From: an uncultured Planctomycetota bacterium
Lineage (GTDB): Bacteria; Planctomycetota; Planctomycetia; Gemmatales; Gemmataceae
Length of the DNA stretch: 64,000 nucleotides
Assembly: GCA_963849325.1 (NCBI GenBank)
Contig: CAWKHF010000010.1
Location: forward strand, 288,001 to 352,000
Direction: 5' to 3'
The position numbers and the translations under genes were made by a program. The notes under the pieces are model-generated. The model saw only the letters and a program-made list of their open reading frames with translations. It searched no databases and had not been told where the DNA came from. Of this stretch, positions 58,584 to 64,000 are shown piece after piece; position 1 is the first letter of the stretch; the number at the start of each line of letters is the position of its first letter.

Positions 58584-61500
58584 CTATCGCGCTCCGCGGC
58601 GCGCCGCGGCGAAACGTAGGCGTGCGCATGCAGAGACAGCCTCTCGGGTCCGGCGCGTTCGGCCGCTCCTTTCGCCAGTTCGTCAAGCAACTTCACGGTG
58701 TCCGGTGTGGCGATCCATTCCAGCACTTCCACGGCGCGGATGGCACGCAACGATTCCGGCTTGTTCTCCATCGCCTCCACAATCCGCTGCAACCTCCGAC
58801 GTATTTCCAGCGAGGGCTTTTCTTTCGTCACGATCCGCCGCAGAAGCGAGGCTGCGGCATCCGCCTGTTTCTCCAACTCCTCGGCCGCTTTTTGCCGCGT
58901 CGAAAAGTCGGCGCTATCGAGTGCTTCCACCAGTTGCCGCACGCGCTTGGGGTCCGCCGCCGGCACGGGCTTGAGATGTTCGCGCAGAAACGGCAGCGTT
59001 TGTTCGGGTGCGGCGGCGAGACGATGGATCGCCCGGAACGCCTTCGCCGCATCACCGCCGGCCAGGTCGGTCCATAGCACGTCTAACTCTCGTGCGGACA
59101 GAGGGGAACGAGGGAGCGTCCCGGCCGCGGCGGCCACGTCCCACACCAGGACCGTGGTATCGCGGCTGCCCGTCGCCAGCAGCTTGCCATCGCGCGAGAA
59201 GGCGCCGCTCTGCACTCCGTAGCGGTGCTTCCCGAAATGCCCCCGCTCCTTTCCGGTCGCTGTCTCCCACAGGTAGACACCGCCCTCCCCGTCGTCCGAG
59301 GCCAGCGTTTTTCCGTCCGGGGAGAAGGTCAGGAAGTAAACCCCGCCGTCACTTCGGCGTCCTTTCGTTCGCCAGAGGAGCTTGCCGTCAGCCACATCCC
59401 AGAGTTTGACGGTTTGGTCGCGCCCTCCCGAGGCGAGCGTCTTGCCATCGGGGCGAAAGGCAAGAGCGGTAACATGGGCATCATCTTGCAGAGCGCGGAC
59501 CTCCTTTTCCGTGACGGCCTGCCGTAGATGGATCGTGTGAGGGGCATCGAACCCGCCCCCGTCGGCGATGACCTGGCCGTCCGGCGAAAGGGCCAAAATC
59601 CGGGGACCGTCGGGGAACACGTCTCCCTGGTAGGTATGCAGCACTTTCCCAGTCGCCACGTCCCAGAGGCGAGCGTTTTTCCCCTGCACGGACAGTAACC
59701 TCCGGCCGTCGGCGGAAAAGGCCAGCGAAACTACTATGAGCCGGTCTTGAGGGACCACGAGCGAGGGAAGTCGCTTGCCCGTCGCCGCCTCCAGCAGCCG
59801 GATCGCACCCCCGTGACCGCCTGTGCCCACGGCCAGCATTTGGCCGTCGGGTGAATACGCCAGGGCGTAGACATCATCGCCAACGTCCCGGAATGGAGGA
59901 AGGGTCTGGCCCATCGCCGCGTCCCATCGGCGAACGAAATCATTGTCACCGGCGGCCGAAACTACGACGCGGCTGTCAGGCGAGAAGGCCACCGCATCGA
60001 CTTCCCGTTCGTGGGCCGTGACGGGTCGAACGGGTTGGAACGTGGATGCGTCCCACAGGTGGAGGACGTGTTGTTCGTTGGCCCAGGCAAGCCGAGTGCC
60101 GTCCGGTGAGAGCAGGACGGGTCCTTCGCCACTCCATCGCGGCCCAGGGGTCGGGATCTCCTTCCCCGCGGCGATGTCGTACCGGAGCGGTACACCGTAC
60201 CAGCCCAGGAGCCTTTTGCCGTCGGGGAAGAAGGTGAGGTTGCTCACATGGAAGCTGCCCCGCCGAGGCAGTTGCTCGCCGGTCGCGGTGTTCCAGAAGC
60301 GGAGCTTGCCATTGTTATCGGTCGAGGCCAGCGTGCGGCCGTCCGGTGAGAAAGCCACCGTCCACGCCCTGCTGGAGTGCCCCTCGAACCGGCGGAGTTC
60401 CTTGCCGGTGCGAACATCGTAGAGTGCGATTGTCTTGTCGTGGCAGTCCACATAGGCCCACGTCTTGCTGTCGGGCGCGAAGGCGATACTCGGCGCTCGG
60501 TAGTTCTTGCGTCCGTCCAGATGGTGCATCTCCTGGCCGGTAGACGTATCCAGGAAAACGACCGTATTGACAGAAGTTTGATTGTCTCGCCTTGTCCGCC
60601 CGAGGCAGGCGAGAACCCGGCCATCCGGTGAAAAGAAGAGCTTGCCGGCCCTGCCGGACTTCAGGGGCCAGCGAGGGAGTTCCTTCCACGTCGAGGTGTC
60701 CCAGCGGCGAAGCTCGTCGCCGAACCCGGTCGCCAGGATCTTGCCGTCCGCAGAGAAGGCCACGCCGGGGTCGATCCCCGCGGTGACGTTCTCAAGAGAG
60801 CGGAGTTCTCGCCCTGTCGGGACTTCCCAGAGGCACACCCGGTCGTCGTCGCTCGCCGCGGCCAAAACCTTGCCGTCTGGTGCGAACGCGAACTGGCCGA
60901 TCTCCCCGCCGTGCCGCAGGCGGACGGTGCCCAGGCGCGCTCGAGCGCCGGGTGGCAGCGGATCGCCGAATCGATCGACTCTCGGCGTTCGGACTTCGGC
61001 TTTTACCTCGCCCCGGTTGGCGGCGGCTGGCGCGGAGGGTGCCGGCTCGGGCTGCTTCGGCTGCCGGCTAACGGCCACAAGGCGATGCCCGACAGCGGCG
61101 GCGAGTCCGAACGTCGCCAGCAGCGTCAGCGCGGCCGTCCATTTCACGAGGGCCGCTCCCTTGGCGACGCTATCCGCGAGGGTGGCGGCAGCCGCGGCGG
61201 CGAGCGATTCACCCCGGAGCGCTTGCACCGCCAGGCGGACAGCCGAAAGCGTCAGCAGGGCGGGGACCGCCGCGTTCGCCGCCGGCTCCATCAACAACAC
61301 GGCGAGCATTCCGGCCGGGACCGTGAAGCCGCGACGGGTCAATCGTTGTTGCAGTAGTTGCCGTGCTCGCGCCAGACGCGCCGTGACCGAACTCTTCGGC
61401 CAACCCAGTTCGGCGGCGGCCTGCTCGTGCGTTTGCTCCGCCAGATAACAGAGGACCAGGGGCGTCCGATACTTGTCGGGCAGCCGCGCAATCTCCTCGT

Positions 61501-61930
61501 CCAGCGCCGCTCGCAATTCCCGCGCGGCCAACGCCTCGGATGGATCGGTGTCTGCGGCGGACGGGAGGACTTGTCGTTCGCGTTCACGCTGCCGGGCCGA
61601 CTTCGCCCGCGCCTTGTGGGCGATACGGAGAGCGACGCCGTGGAGCCAGCTGGCCAGCGATTGCCGCTTGCGGATCGAACCGGCGTTGCGGACGAGGACG
61701 AGGAAGGTGGCCTGAAAAGCGTCTTCGGCGCCGTGGGCCTCGCCGAGCACGCGGCGACAGATGCCATATACCATCGGTCCATGCCGCTGCACGAGCAGCG
61801 TGAAGGCCGCCTCCTCGCGTCGGCCGCGGAAGCGCTCCAGCAAATCGGCGTCGCTGAGGTCCGCCGCGGACGTGGGATCAGTCAACTTGCGCAGGTGTCC
61901 GAGAAGACGGTAAAGAGTAGAGGACTGCAT
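58584..61930 (-). CDS. ECF sigma-70 factor with TM helix and WD40 beta-propeller extension (frameshift near 58655)
   Basis: SDADLLERF, AEDAFQATFLVL, LPDKYRTPLVLCYL, DRFGDPLPPGARARLGTVRLRHG, many AFSPDG..LWD repeats, RAVEVLEWI; true stop probably 58584. Confidence 0.9.
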
Positions 61931-62247
61931 GGGACTGATCCTCGCCGAGTGATTCTCCATCCCCATAGTGCCGCCCATCGCGGATTTGACCAACATCATG
62001 CGCCGAAAGCAGCCCGGCGAGGCGGAGCGCCGTGGTTGAGAAACGGTTTTCCAAATCCCTAGCGGGGGCATCAGCCTCCAGAGTTTTGCCGTTCCTCTTG
62101 TGCGGTCGTTCCCTCATTATCGTAATGCTTCTACCCGAGTGCGAACACAAAGCCAACTATCGAAAACTCCGGCGCGGCCGTCCATGTTTTTTCTGTACTA
62201 GACTTTCAGCGGAAGCCATCGCCTTTTCTACGGTGGGGTCTTTTGAC

Positions 62248-64000
62248 GTGAGCGCTGCGTTCGATCCTCTGGAAGCGCTGGCATCGCAGGCATGTCCCGG
62301 CGGTGGCTGGGGTTATGCCCTCGATCAGCCCGCCCACCTGGAGCCGACCTGTCTGGCCCTGCTGGCCCTGTCGCGCCAGCCGCAGCGCTATGGCTCGGTG
62401 ATCGAAGCCGGACGAAACTGGCTACACCAGTGCGCCGCCGGCGATGGGACGTATCGGCTCCAGCGCGGCCGGCCGGAGGCGGTTTGGCCGACGGCTCTGG
62501 TCCTTTTCGTCCATGCCACTCTCGGCGAACCGGCCGAGTCGCTGCACGAGACGGCGGCCGCTCTGCTGCGCGCAAGGGACGACAGGCGGAGGGCGACAAG
62601 GCCGACGACCCTGGCGACATCGATGAGAGCTTGATCGGCTGGCCGTGGGCGGAGGGCAATTTTTCCTGGGTCGAGCCAACGGCGTGGGCGTGCCTGGCCC
62701 TGCGACGGATCGGTCAGGGACGGCACCCGCGCGTCGAGGAAGGGCTGAAGATGCTGCTCGACCGCGCTCTGGAGGACGGCGGCATCAACTACGGCAATCG
62801 CCGTATCTTCGGCATCGCGCTGGAACCGATTCCGGGACCGACGGCGTTGATGCTTCTCGCCCTGCAAGGACGGTCCAATGATGCACGCATCGCCGCCGCC
62901 CTCAACTATCTGCGCCAGGTTGCCCTCAATGATGACGACCTGGAAAACGTGAGTTGGGCGCGGCTGGCCCTGGACGTGTACGGCTGGCGAGTGACGGAAC
63001 CGAGCCGCGACCGTGAGGAAGCGAAGGGAGGACCGCTCCCTTACGGTCGCGGCTCGGATAAAGCAGTCGCCCTCCGTTCGCCTTGGAAATTGGCGCTGGC
63101 GGCCCTGGCCCTGGACGTGGAGCACGGCAATCCGTTCCGTCTGCCCAGCGAGCCGGAATCTGATACTCTGCTGATGCCGCGCGAGCCGGCCCCAGTCAAG
63201 CGTCCTCTCGGCGAGCGTATCCGGGCCAAGGTCCGTGGCCTGGCCATCGAGACGGCGACTCGGCTGCGTCCGCTCGATTCGCCCTCCGCGGTCCACATCG
63301 CCCCGGTGGGCGATTACAACGCCGACCTCGCCGACGTGGTGTGCCGCCAGTACGAACATTTCCGCGCCCGCGTCCCGCTTCTCGGCAAGCGCGTCGTCCT
63401 CAAGCCGAACCTCGTCGAGTACCACCGCGACAAGGTCATCAACACCAATCCGCACGTCGTCGCCGCCGTCATCGAACTGTGCCGGCGCGAGGGAGCGGCC
63501 GAGGTGCTTGTCGCCGAGGGGCCGGGACACTGGCGCAACGTCGAATATCTCGTGGCGGCGAGCGGCCTGGGTGACGTGCTGCGCCACTACCGGACGCCGT
63601 TCGTCGATCTCAACCACGACGAGCCGAGCAAGCGCCTGAACCTCGGCCGGCTGACCGGGCTGGAGCACCTGTATCTGGCGCAGACGGTGGCGACGGCCGA
63701 CGTGGTGATTTCGCTGCCGAAGCTGAAGACGCATCACTGGGCGGTGGCGACGCTATCGCTGAAGAATCTGTTCGGCACCCTGCCGGGCATCTGCTATGGC
63801 TGGCCCAAGAACGAGCTGCACTGGCGCGGCATCGACAACAGCATCGTGGACATCGCCGCCACGCGCACGCCGGACCTGGCGATTGTCGATGGCATCATCG
63901 GCATGGAAGGCGACGGCCCGCTCAACGGCACGCCCAAGCCGATGGGCGTACTCGTCATGGGTTGTGACCTTGTGGCCGTGGACGCTACCTGCTGCCGACT
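62248..64000 (+). CDS. Prenyltransferase/squalene-cyclase-fold domain fused to DUF362 domain; frameshift near 62575; runs off window
   Basis: GGWGY..EPTCLALLAL, GWPWAEGNFSWVEPTAWACLAL, GGINYGNR; then VVLKPNLVEY, PKLKTHHW..TLSLKNLFG, DGIIGMEGDGP, VAVDATC. Confidence 0.8.
63000..63057. repeat. REP-like palindrome (same family as 41668) inside coding sequence
   Basis: CCGAGCCGCGACCGTGAGGAAGCG ... CCGCTCCCTTACGGTCGCGGCTCGG, read in frame as PSRDREEAKGGPLPYGRGS. Confidence 0.85.

Overview
GC-rich bacterial DNA, most likely Planctomycetota (Gemmatales-like). The markers are ECF sigma factors with TIGR03067/WD40 extensions, DUF1501, DUF3500 and TIGR03000 proteins, several Ser/Thr kinases and several families of REP-like palindromes. 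About 50 CDS are supported; no rRNA, tRNA or CRISPR array was seen. At least a dozen genes carry 1-2 nt indels in GC runs, which points to long-read consensus errors rather than true pseudogenes. The main candidate for a new system is a ~15 kb biosynthetic cluster (7503-22832). It has a carbazole-synthase-like SRPBCC cyclase, a KAS III and a ThDP enzyme (NzsI/J/H or CqsB2/B1/B3-like). Divergent from these are a TamH-like transaminase-thioester reductase fusion, a FemAB-like GNAT, an esterase and two DevBCA-type exporters. Other points of note: a decayed integron-like cassette (GNAT plus attC-like site) inside a region bracketed by a duplicated methyltransferase end; tandem RelE/ParE-like toxin-antitoxin modules; a MazF toxin with an atypical partner; a REP palindrome translated in frame inside a prenyltransferase-fold/DUF362 fusion; and a GAFTGA-less enhancer-binding-protein operon. 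All family calls come from motif recognition by eye, with no database search.
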